Source: Macrostomum hystrix | Taxonomy: Eukaryota; Animalia; Platyhelminthes | NCBI GenBank assembly: GCA_950097015.1 | Contig: CATNEN010000001.1 | Span: 27,466,001-27,530,000, forward strand | Length of the DNA: 64,000 nucleotides | Direction: 5' to 3' | Shown here: in pieces, positions 40,401-52,400 of the stretch | How the letters are laid out: every line of letters starts with the position of its first letter | Numbering within the stretch: position 1 is the stretch's first letter | The notes under the pieces: generated by a model | The model's input: the letters and a program-made list of their open reading frames with translations, nothing else | What the model was told of the DNA's origin: nothing | Databases searched by the model: none | Position numbers and translations under genes: made by a program

Positions 40401-43400
40401 TTAAGTAGCTGATTAAATAAAAGTATATTTGGTAGTATTCTCGGGTTTCGCCTTCTTGTTGGAGCTATGGACTTCTGAACAATAATAGGCCGGGAGTTCA
40501 AATCGCAGATACAATTTTATCTGTTCACTTGACTCTGAAGTGGGTACCAGCTTCAGTTATGGTAGATGCTATCAACCAGGGTTCATTTATAATAAACAAT
40601 TTTAACAATAAGATTCAGTAGTATTAAGTAGTATTGTAAAGCGATTTTTAATTCCTTAGTCTCGACCATAGACTACGCATTAAACGCGTGCATTAAACTT
40701 CCCGCGGTCCCTAAGCGTTTAATGTACAAGGGCAATATCAAGGGCAATATCAAAATTGCTCTATATCAAGAGGTTGTAGCCTAGTGGTTAGGGCGTCGGA
40801 CTAACGACTTGAAGGTCGGGGGTTCGATTCCCGACTCCCCTGAACAATTTGTGTCCTTTAGCAAGACACTTAACTCTGCATTGCTTCAGTTCACCCAGCT
40901 GTTAAATGGGTACCAGCATCAGCTGGGATAATTGAAGGTGGGTGTGGCGTCCCCCCAGTCCATGGACTGAACATCTGTACGCAGCCTTCAGATGTGCCGC
41001 GCAATAGCTGCGGCTGTGCTGTCGGCTGCACATCTGGCCCGATTGGGGCAGGTGTAATTAGTTATTAATTATCATTATTAATCTATATCAAACTCTATGG
41101 CGAATGCATATCGGTAAAAAAATCAAATAATTGACAATAAGATCATAAAAATAATAAATAATAATAGCCGACATTGTCAGATGATGAATTTTTGTGAGCA
41201 GAAATAGAAAAGAAAGGAAGTAGCGGGTATTTGAAAACCAGACGTGGTCTCTCTCTGCTGTTAAGACAAATACGAGACAGATTGTACAGGCAGTCGCTAG
41301 ATACAGAAACTTAGAAAGCTTCGTGCAGCGCTCGCAGCTCTTCCTGAGCAGTGCTCATCGTGTTACTCTGCTTACTCTGTGAAATTCGAAATCGACAATC
41401 ACATTGTAGCAAACTGTCCAGAAGTAATATTTTGAGCCGTTTTCCTGGAAAGGCAAACGCAAGCTGTCTCGAAAACTTATTTTGAATGACTTAATTCAAC
41501 CGAGTCAAACACAAGACTTTATACAACGATAGCCTCAAATTGCCTCAATGAGGCGTTTCAAGCTGTCAATCATCGCTCATTTCGCTTTGCCAGCAGCTCT
41601 TTCCTAACTTTTGCTTTCAGTTCTGCATCGGTAAGTCTCACCAGACCGAAGCGATTTCATTCACATTCGTTTCGTTATCCGCATCACTTGATGAACTGCC
41701 ATGGACTAATAGGGCCAGCAACTGCACACTGTATTTTGTAGACTGAGAAAATAGTATTACAGAACAGACAGGTAAAATACAGGTACTCTGTTGTGCAGCC
41801 GAAAACACAGCCGCAGCTGTTGCGCGGCGCATCTAAAGGCTGCGTACCAGTGTTCAGTCCGTGGACTGGGTATACCAGCTAATGCGGGTACCCGTTTAAT
41901 AATTAAGTGAACTGAAGCCAAGCAGAGTTAATTGACTTGCTAAAGGATTGAAATTGTTCCAATAGAGTCAGGAAACGAACCCCCAACGTTTAAGTCCGTC
42001 GTTCAAAACACAAGGCTATAACTCCCCTGATTGGTACTGCTGCAGGATTTGAGATTTGGCCTCACTAACTGTTGCAACGTTAATTTTTAAAGGCATGCTA
42101 ATGAACTTGACTAATAAAAAAGCCAGTTAGTATTCTCAGTCACACAGGTACTTGTCTCAGACAGCCATGCAGGTAGTAGTCTCAGCCCCACAGGTAGTAG
42201 TCTCAGCCACACAGGTAGTAGTCTCAGCCACACGGGTAGTACTCTCAGCCACGCAGGTAGTAGTCTCAGCCACGCAGGTAGTAGTCTCAGACACACAGGT
42301 AGTAGTCTCAGCCACGCAGGTAGTAGTCTCAGCCACACAGGTAGTAGTCTCAGCCACGCAGGTAGTAGTCTCAGCCACGCAGGTAGTAGTCTCAGCCACG
42401 CAGGTAGTAGTCTCAGACACACAGGTAGTAGTCTCAGCCACGCAGGTAGTAGTCTCAGCCACGCAGGTAGTAGTCTCAGACACACAGGTAGTAGTCTCAG
42501 CCACGCAGGTAGTAGTCTCAGCCACGCAGGTAGTAGTCTCAGCCACACAGGTAGTAGTCTCAGCCACACAGGTAGTAGTCTCAGCCACACAGGTAGTAGT
42601 CTCAGCCACACAGGTAGTAGTCTCAGCCACACAGGTAGTAGTCTCAGCCACACAGGTAGTAGTCTCAGCCACACAGGTAGTAGTCTCAGCCACACAGGTA
42701 GTAGTCTCAGCCACACAGGTAGTAGTCTCAGCCACACAGGTAGTAGTCTCAGCCACACAGGTAGTAGTCTCAGCCACACAGGTAGTAGTCTCAGCCACAC
42801 AGGTAGTAGTCTCAGACACACAGGTAGTAGTCTCAGCCACACAGGTAGTAGTCTCAGCCTCGCAGGTAGTAGTCTCAGCCATGCAGGTAGTAGTCTCAGC
42901 CACACAGGTAGTAGTCTCAGCCACGCAGGTAGTAGTCTCAGCCACACAGGTAGTAGTCTCAGCCACACAGGTAGTAGTCTCAGCCACACAGGTAGTAGTC
43001 TCAGCCACGCAGGTAGTAGTCTCAGCCACACAGGTAGTAGTCTCAGCCACACAGGTAGTAGTCTCAGCCACACAGGTAGTAGTCTCAGCCACACAGGTAG
43101 TAGTCTCAGCCACACAGGTAAGTAGTCTCAGCCACGCAGGTAGTAGTCTCAGCCACACAGGTAGTAGTCTCAGCCACGCAGGTAGTAGTCTCAGCCACAC
43201 AGGTAGTAGTCTCAGCCACGCAGGTAGTAGTCTCAGCCACGCAGGTAGTAGTCTCAGCCACGCAGGTAGTAGTCTCAGCCACGCAGGTAGTAGTCTCAGC
43301 CACGCAGGTAGTAGTCTCAGCCACACAGGTAGCAGTCTCAGCCACACAGGTAGTAGTCTCAGCCACACAGGTAAGTAGTCTCAGCCACACAGGTAGTAGT

Positions 43401-46400
43401 CTCAGCCACACAGGTAAGTAGTCTCAGCCACACAGGTAGTAGTCTCAGCCACACAGGTAGTTGTCTCAGCCACACAGGTAGTAGTCTCAGCCACACAGGT
43501 AGTAGTCTCAGCCACACAGGTAGTAGTCTCAGCCACACAGGTAGTAGTCTCAGCCACACAGGTAGTAGTCTCAGCCACACAGGTAGTAGTCTCAGCCACA
43601 CAGGTAGTAGTCTCAGCCACACAGGTAGTAGTCTCAGACACACAGGTAGTAGTCTCAGCCACACAGGTAGTAGTCTCAGCCTCGCAGGTAGTAGTCTCAG
43701 CCATGCAGGTAGTAGTCTCAGCCACACAGGTAGTAGTCTCAGCCACGCAGGTAGTAGTCTCAGCCACACAGGTAGTAGTCTCAGCCACACAGGTAGTAGT
43801 CTCAGCCACACAGGTAGTAGTCTCAGCCACGCAGGTAGTAGTCTCAGCCACACAGGTAGTAGTCTCAGCCACACAGGTAGTAGTCTCAGCCACACAGGTA
43901 GTAGTCTCAGCCACACAGGTAGTAGTCTCAGCCACACAGGTAAGTAGTCTCAGCCACGCAGGTAGTAGTCTCAGCCACACAGGTAGTAGTCTCAGCCACG
44001 CAGGTAGTAGTCTCAGCCACGCAGGTAGTAGTCTCAGCCACGCAGGTAGTAGTCTCAGCCACGCAGGTAGTAGTCTCAGCCACGCAGGTAGTAGTCTCAG
44101 CCACACAGGTAGCAGTCTCAGCCACACAGGTAGTAGTCTCAGCCACACAGGTAAGTAGTCTCAGCCACACAGGTAGTAGTCTCAGCCACACAGGTAAGTA
44201 GTCTCAGCCACACAGGTAGTAGTCTCAGCCACACAGGTAGTTGTCTCAGCCACACAGGTAGTAGTCTCAGCCACACAGGTAGTAGTCTCAGCCACACAGG
44301 TAGTAGTCTCAGCCACACAGGTAGTAGTCTCAGCCACACAGGTAGTAGTCTCAGCCACACAGGTAGTAGTCTCAGCCACACAGGTAAGTAGTCTCAGCCA
44401 CACAGGTAGTAGTCTCAGCCAGCCATGCAGGTAGTAGTCTCAGCCACACAGGTAGTAGTCTCAGCCACACAGGTAGTAGTCTCAGCCACACAGGTAAGTA
44501 GTCTCAGCCACACAGGTAGTAGTCTCAGCCAGCCATGCAGGTAGTAGTCTCAGCCACACAGGTAGTAGTCTCAGCCATGCAGGTAGTAGTCTCCAACGAT
44601 GTCAATCAGGCTGGCAGGCGGGTAGGCGAACCTGAGCAGGTAGCACATCTGCTGCTGCTTGTTAAAAATGAGAGCCTGGCAGTTTTCAGTAGCGCGGCAC
44701 TGAGCAGCACACTCAAATTTCATCTTGGCATTCCGGATCCAAACAGGTGTACTCGTGGACACAACAGTCAGAATGGGCATTGACTTTTTGTAAAGTAACC
44801 GCTGTCTGAAAAATTTAATAACATGAATTTTTAACCTCAGAGCTGCTAAACAGAAGTATTAGTCATGCTAAGTCAGGGATTGTGTACCTGGATAGGTCTG
44901 AGCAAACACCGAGTTCCGATCACCTGCTCCGCACTTCTGCTTGGAGTTACCTGAGCACGCCTTGTTACATTCGGTGTCACTGGCATTTCGCTGCGATCCG
45001 TAGGAGAGGCCGCAGAAACACTGAGAGCTGAACTGCACACCAAAATAAGGAAATCCACCAAGGGAGCAGACACCGCTGCAGTACTCATGCGTCATCACAC
45101 TGCTCTGCACACCTGCAGAAAGACTGAATGCGAATTCACCGATGCTGCTAACACCTGCCAGCGCATTCAAGTCTCTCATGTTCATTGTGTTGTCACGGTA
45201 GCAGCCGATGTAAAAGTACTGAGCCACCCTGGCAGTTGTGAGGCCCAGCAGTGTGCTACAGATAGCCGAGAACAGAAGCATGATTTGGTCGTAACGATCT
45301 GAAAAGCTCCCAGTGTCACGGCTTATGCTCATTGATAGCTTTATTTATACCCTGGAGAACCTGTCCTGTTTGGCTTCATCCCATTGGGTACTTAAAGATT
45401 TGAAAACAGTTTTTCACTAATTCTACGAGTATATGAAAAAAACGTGTTCATGAGGCTGAAAAAAATATCTGCTTTGGGTGTGTTTAGCACAGGTGTTTAG
45501 CACTAGGTGTTTGGCACAGGTGCTCAAACAGGAACTTGAAAGCTTTTATTTGTGAAGCGAAGCATGTACTCTTGCCAAATCCACCCTCTTTGTCGACTCT
45601 CTCATCACCCAGCTCTGCTCAGCTCGGCCTTGAGCTGAACGAGCCATGGCTCGTGACCAGCGCCGGTGCCTACGTGTGGAACTACGGCCAACACCTGCTG
45701 GCCATGGGCCGGCACAACCTGCTGACGCAGCACCTGCTGCCGCTAGTCGACTGCCTGCGCCGAGGCGGCCACGATGGCCGGACGGAGCTGCTGGTGAACG
45801 TGTGCACGGCTGTGGGCTACGGGCTCATCAGGCAGTGGCTGCCACCGCTGCCGAAGAGACAGACTGCTGGCGAGGGCGAGGACGGAGGTAGGAAAATGTC
45901 GAAGATCTTTGGCTGAATCTACAGAGCTGGGAGGCTGAGTGGCGGTTCGACTCTCACACCAATGTCCCCGAGCTCGATTCCGAGGTCGGTTTCAATCATT
46001 GTGGGCCGAAGCCGCGGGGAGACGGCTTAGAATTAGAGCCTTAGTCTCACAACTTAAAGGTCCACTGGCGGGGAGACGGCTTAGAATTAGAGCCTTAGTC
46101 TCACAACTTAAAGGTCCACTGGCGGGGAGACGGCTTAGAATTAGAGCCTTAGTCTCACAACTTAAAGGTCCACTGGCGGGGAGACGGCTTAGAATTAGAG
46201 CCTTAGTCTCACAACTTAAAGGTCCATTGGAACAATTTGTGTCCTTTAGCAAGACACTGAACTCTGCATTGCTTCAGTTCACCCAGCTGTTAAATGGGTA
46301 CCAGCATCAGCTGGGATAATTTAGGTTTGGGTGATGCTTCCCCCCAGTCCATGGACTGAACATCGTCCTTCAGATGCGCCGTGCCATGGCTGCTTCTGTG

Positions 46401-49400
46401 CTGTCTGCTGCACATAAACACAGCTTGATTATAAAAGTCAGGGTATTTGACAGCCAAGAATATCCGTGACCATCGGAATGAGCATTCGAAGTCGCATCTT
46501 CGCTGGCTGCAGGCGGCCACAGCACCCACAGCCCCTGCAAGAATTCCCCCCATATCTGAATCCCCCGATCCGCTCATCCTACACAGCCGAGGCCGCCGCA
46601 GCTGCGGGCAGCAAGAAGAAGCCCGGCAGCGGCAAGGCGAAGCCGCAGGCAGCCGCGCCCGTGCAGATCAGCCCGGAGGGCGTGCCCGACTGCAAGCGGG
46701 CCGCGGAGGTCACGGCTTACGCGCTGGACGTCACGAATGGCAACCGTGCGGAGGATGGCATTCCGATTGGCCTGCGCTATCCGCTGTTGCAGGTGAGTTC
46801 CCTAATTAGCTGCTCAGGTGAGTTCCCTAATTAGCTGCTCAGGTGAGTTCCCTAATTAGCTGCTCAGGTGAGTTCCCTAATTAGCTGCTCAGGTGAGTTC
46901 CCTAATTAGCTGCTCAGGTGAGTTCCCTAATTAGCTGCTCAGGTGAGTTCCCTAATTAGCTGCTCAGGTGAGTTCCCTAATTAGCTGCTCAGGTGAGTTC
47001 CCTAATTAGCTGCTCAGGTGAGTTCCCTAATTAGCTGCTCAGGTGAGTTCCCTAATTAGCTGCTCAGGTGAGTTCCCTAATTAGCTGCTCAGGTGAGTTC
47101 CCTAATTAGCTGCTCAGGTGAGTTCCCTAATTTGCTGCTCAGGTGAGTTCCCTAATTTGCTGCTCAGGTGAGTTCCCTAATTAGCTGCTCAGGTGAGTTC
47201 CCTAATTTGCTGCTCGAGTGCTCACAAGTGAGAGGCTTACAGTTTATTCAATCACCGACATCATCTGGGCAGGTGTGGCTGCAGGCCAAGCAGATGGCCC
47301 AGCAGGCTGTCGGCAAGGGCCTCGGCGCGGAGGAGGGCCTCGAGTCGTACGACGCGCCCCGCCAGATGACCCGCGCCTGCGTTGCCGTAGAAATGCTCTG
47401 GCTAGGCCGCAACGGCGTCATGGAGTTCAAGGAGGCCCCGGGAGTCGGCGAGGCCGTCCAGATGGTGACGGACTGCCAGTGGACCGACAACCTGGTGGCG
47501 CTGCAGCTGTTTGTCAAGCTGGCCTTCATTGGCCTGGAGATGCAGGAGTACCACCAGGTGTGCTCAATTTATGCAGTGCTTTCCTAACCCTTTTAGCCAT
47601 TTTTAAAATGAAATTTCGTCTAACTTGGCTCCCATATCCCATTGTGTGGTTGAAGTAATCAAGCCTGTTCTCCAACCTTCAGGTGCTGAAATGCTGCGAC
47701 AAGGCCCTGCAGCTGGATGGCCACCTGGAAGATGGTCAGCAGCAGTCAGAGCTGAAGAAGCAGCAGCTGCAGCAGCTTCAGCAGCACCGCCAGATTGTCG
47801 GCCGCGAGCATCTGTCACTGGCAGCAAGTTTGAAGGGCCAGGCGCTGATGCGGGTGATGCAGGGCAAGATGGCAGTCCGCAGGCAAGCGATGGCAGCCTT
47901 CCTGTTGGCCTGTCGGCACGCCAGGCAGGCGAAGAACTACCAGCTGATTGCAGCAGCAGCCAGGCTGTACTGGAATGCGGCTGCCAGCCTTGTCGGCCAG
48001 CCGATCGAGCGGCAGCTGCTGCTGGAGCCGCTGCAGACGATGCTGGAAGCTCTGGCAGCCACTGTGGACAAGAAGCGGCTCAAAAAGCTGTTTGAGCGGC
48101 CTGAGGGACAGGTAAGACTTGCTAATCTGGGGTGAGATTGATTACCTGTGATTTCATGCATACCGTTAAACTCCACTTTGCCGACGCACAGGAGGGCTCA
48201 GGCGCCGGTGTTGTGGAAGACGACGGCCCGACGGATCCCGAGGAGCGCCGGCTGGAGCAGAAGATTCACTTCGTGCAGTCCTCACCTGAGCAGACGGTGC
48301 TGGGCCTATTCCCACCGGCCATCAGCCCGCCGCCCAGCGCCAAGCAGCTGGAGGAGGACCTCACTCTGCGGGCCAACATGTACGGCGTGCTGTTCCAGGC
48401 CTACGCTGACAAGGTAGGCGGCTTTTTCTAATTTTATGATTTGTGAGCTAAACTGACTACTGATGACGTCACAGATAAGTAGGTACGACAAATAATGAAA
48501 GTGACGTCACTAAAGATTATAAAGACCACGGAAAGTAAATGCCCACATTTTCTTCGAAATCTCGTAATCTAATTACCCTAGGGGGGGATTGGCTGGTCTT
48601 TCGACATTTTCCTGGTTTTCCTAGATAAAGTTACACCGAGAAATGTTTCTGCGTTTTTCTGCTCCAGGGCGACCTGGACAAGGGCATCAAAGCCATGGAC
48701 GCCGCCATCGCCAGCATGCCGAGAACGAAGCACCGGCTGCTCATCTTCAAGCACCGCATACTCACGAGGGCCAAGCTTGGCCAGTCTGTGGCCATGGACA
48801 TTCAGAAGTTCCGCGTGAGTTTTGACCATTTGCGTATTGTCTGGCTGCCACAGGTATGAGTCTACTGCTCTGCGTGCGTCTGTGTAGCATGCTCAGAGCT
48901 CTGGACTTCTGTTCCAGACGCCCTACTCTCGATTGAGCTGATCGGCAGTTCGATTGTCGACCCAAAGGGTGCCATTTGCATTTTATTCTAAATTACTTCA
49001 GTTCACCCCAGTAGTAAAATAGGTGCCTCCCCCTACCCAGTCCATGGACTGAAAAGCTGGCTAAACTGGGATATTTGCCAATTCTAACCTTCTGTCGAAG
49101 ATTATGCAGCGCGATTAACGTTTTTGCCTGTCGTACCAAGGTCCTGAGCTCGATTCCGCGGCGAGGCCTTTTGTCGTGCAATTAAAGCCCTTCAGGGCCA
49201 ACTTCCAAGGCACAGTGAAAGTGAACACTGCCTGATGATGAGAAAGTCAGGCCAGATGTGTGTGTGTACGCGTGTGTGCTCAGGAGTCAGCGAAATGGGC
49301 AGAAATGCCTTCTCGCTGGCTGCGGGTCAAGTGGCCACCAAATGATGTGCCATTGCCCGCAGCCCTCCTGCATAAAATATTATTATTAATATTACAAGAG

Positions 49401-52400
49401 CCATGAAATGTTGTTACTGTAAAATGAGTAGTTTAGAACTTTTATAAGGAAGTTTTTCTTTAATTTCTGGCTAATTGTCTCTAATCAATCCACTTTTGTC
49501 GAGCTCAGACCGAACTGATCAAACTGAGACTTCCCGTAAGAAACTTAATGAGCGACCTTGGATTGACGCATAATTCTTTTCTGTAATATAACTGTTCAAA
49601 TGCCCTTGAAATGCACATCGCACTGATTTTTCGACAGTAATTCATGCACAGGATTCGACATTCTCACGCCTCTCTTTTGTTATTTTGCTATTCGTATTCA
49701 CTTGTCACTACTTTACACTGATTATCAGTAGGCACATCCGAAAAATGCCACTAATTTATATTAGAAACTTCAAATGTTCGAATACTTTCAGAGCGAACCG
49801 GAGGACAAACAGGCGGAGCTCTGGCGCATTGTTGCTCTGAGCAGTCACGACACGAAATCTCAGCTGGAGGCTTACAAGAACGCCATCGAGTGCATCACGG
49901 TAGGCTGAGTAATATCTGGTGCGCACTCAAGGAAAACGTATTAAATCTAGAATGGGTCAGAATGGGATCTAGATGCGATCTAGTTGGGATCTGATGGGAT
50001 CTAGTTGGGATCTGATGGGATCTAGCTGGGATCTGATGGGATCTAGTTGGGATCCATACTGGATCTAGAGGGGATCTAGTTAAGATCCGACGGGATCTAG
50101 TTGGGATCTGATGGGATCTAGTTGGGATCTGATGGGATCTAGTTGGGATCTGATGGGATCTAGTTGGGATCTGATGGGATCTAGTTGGGATCTGATGGAT
50201 CTAGTTGGGATCTGATGGGATCTAGATGGGATCTAGAAAGGATCAGAATGGGATCTAGAAAGGATCAGAATGGGATCTAGATGGGATCTAGTTGGGATCC
50301 GATGGGATATAGTTGGGATCTGATGGGATCTAGTTGGGATCTGATGGGATCTAGTTGGGATCTGATGGGATCTAGTTGGGATCTGATGGGATCTAGTTGG
50401 GATCTGATGGATCTAGTTGGGATCTGATGGGATCTAGATGGGATCTAGAAAGGATCAGAATGGGATCTAGAAAGGATCAGAATGGGATCTAGATGGGATC
50501 TAGTTGGGATCCGATGGGATATAGTTGGGATCTGATGGGATCTAGTTGGGATCTGATGGGATCTAGTTGGGATTCATAAGGGATCTAGATGGGATCTAGA
50601 TAAGATTTTTAAACTGCAAGTTTTCACAAAAAACTAGCTACTTGCAGCTTCCGGAGCACGACTGGCTCAAAGTGGACCTGCTGGTGGAATTCTCCCAGTG
50701 GCTGTACACAAACAACTTCCCGTTGGACTTGTGCACTGCTCAGATTGACTGGGCCATAGACATTCTGCTGGGCATGCCGTTTGAGGAGCCGGTCAAGGAG
50801 GACACCGGTAAGCTGCGGTCTGAGTGGCTTTTGCTCAAACACCTGGTTTATTGCTTGGCTTATCTGCACACAATTTTCTTTGCTGCTCTGCTGAAGATTC
50901 TCTCAGCTTCTCAACTGAAGATTCTCTCAGCTTCTAAACTGAAGACTCTCAGCTTCTCAACTGAAGACTCTCAGCTTCTAAACTGAAGACTCTCAGCTTC
51001 TCAACTGAAGATTCTCTCAGCTTCTCAACTGAAGACTCTCAGCTTCTCAACTGAAGATTCTCAGCTTCTCAACTGAAGATTCTCAGCTTCTCAACTGAAG
51101 ACTCTCAGCTTCTCAACTGAAGATTCTCTCAGCTTCTCAACTGAAGATTCTCTCAGCTTCTCAACTGAAGACTCTCAGCTTCTCAACTGAAGATTCTCTC
51201 AGCTTCTCAACTGAAGACTCTCAGCTTCTCAACTGAAGACTCTCAGCTTCTCAACTGAAGACTCTCAGCTTCTCAACTGAAGACTCTCAGCTTCTCAACT
51301 GAAGACTCTCAGCTTCTCAGCTGAAGATTCTCTCAGCTTCTCAACTGAAGACTCTCAGCTTCTCAACTGAAGATTCTCTCAGCTTCTCAACTGAAGATTC
51401 TCTCAGCTTCTCAACTGAAGATTCTCTCAGCTTCTCAACTGAAGATTCTCTCAGCTTCTCAACTGAAGACTCTCAGCTTCTCAACTGAAGATTCTCTCAG
51501 CTTCTCAACTGAAGACTCTCAGCTTCTCAACTGAAGATTCTCTCAGCTTCTCAACTGAAGACTCTCAGCTTCTCAACTGAAGACTCTCAGCTTCTCAACT
51601 GAAGACTCTCAGCTTCTCAACTGAAGACTCTCAGCTTCTCAACTGAAGATTCTCTCAGCTTCTCAACTGAAGACTCTCAGCTTCTCAACTGAAGACTCTC
51701 AGCTTCTCAACTGAAGACTCTCAGCTTCTCAACTGAAGACTCTCAGCTTCTCAACTGAAGACTCTCAGCTTCTCAACTGAAGACTCTCAGCTTCTCAGCT
51801 GAAGACTCTCAGCTTCTCAACTGAAGACTCTCAGCTTCTCAACTGAAGATTCTCTCAGCTTCTCAACTGAAGACTCTCAGCTTCTCAACTGAAGACTCTC
51901 AGCTTCTCAACTGAAGACTCTCAGCTTCTCAACTGAAGACTCTCAGCTTCTCAGCTGAAGACTCTCAGCTTCTCAACTGAAGACTCTCAGCTTCTCAACT
52001 GAAGATTCTCAGCTTCTCAACTGAAGACTCTCAGCTTCTCAACTGAAGACTCTCAGCTTCTCAACTGAAGACTCTCAGCTTCTCAACTGAAGACTCTCAG
52101 CTTCTCAACTGAAGACTCTCAGCTTCTCAACTGAAGACTCTCAGCTTCTCAGCTGAAGACTCTCAGCTTCTCAACTGAAGACTCTCAGCTTCTCAACTGA
52201 AGACTCTCAGCTTCTCAACTGAAGATTCTCAGCTTCTCAACTGAAGACTCTCAGCCTTTCAACTGAAGACTCTCTGAGCTTCTCAACTGAAGACTCTCAG
52301 CTTCTCAACTGAAGACTCTCAGCTTCTCAACTGAAGATTCTCTCAGCTTCTCAACTGAAGATTCTCTCAGCTTCTCAACTGAAGATTCTCTCAGCTTCTC

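Noticed and set aside
40772-40845. tRNA gene
   Set aside because: The tRNA-like head continues into a repeated SINE body and has no poly-T terminator.
49228-49310. Hammerhead ribozyme in SINE family B (CTGATGA...GAAA)
   Set aside because: GAAA does not directly close a stem II, I could not build stems I and III, and the core varies or is deleted among copies. A covariance-model search would settle it.
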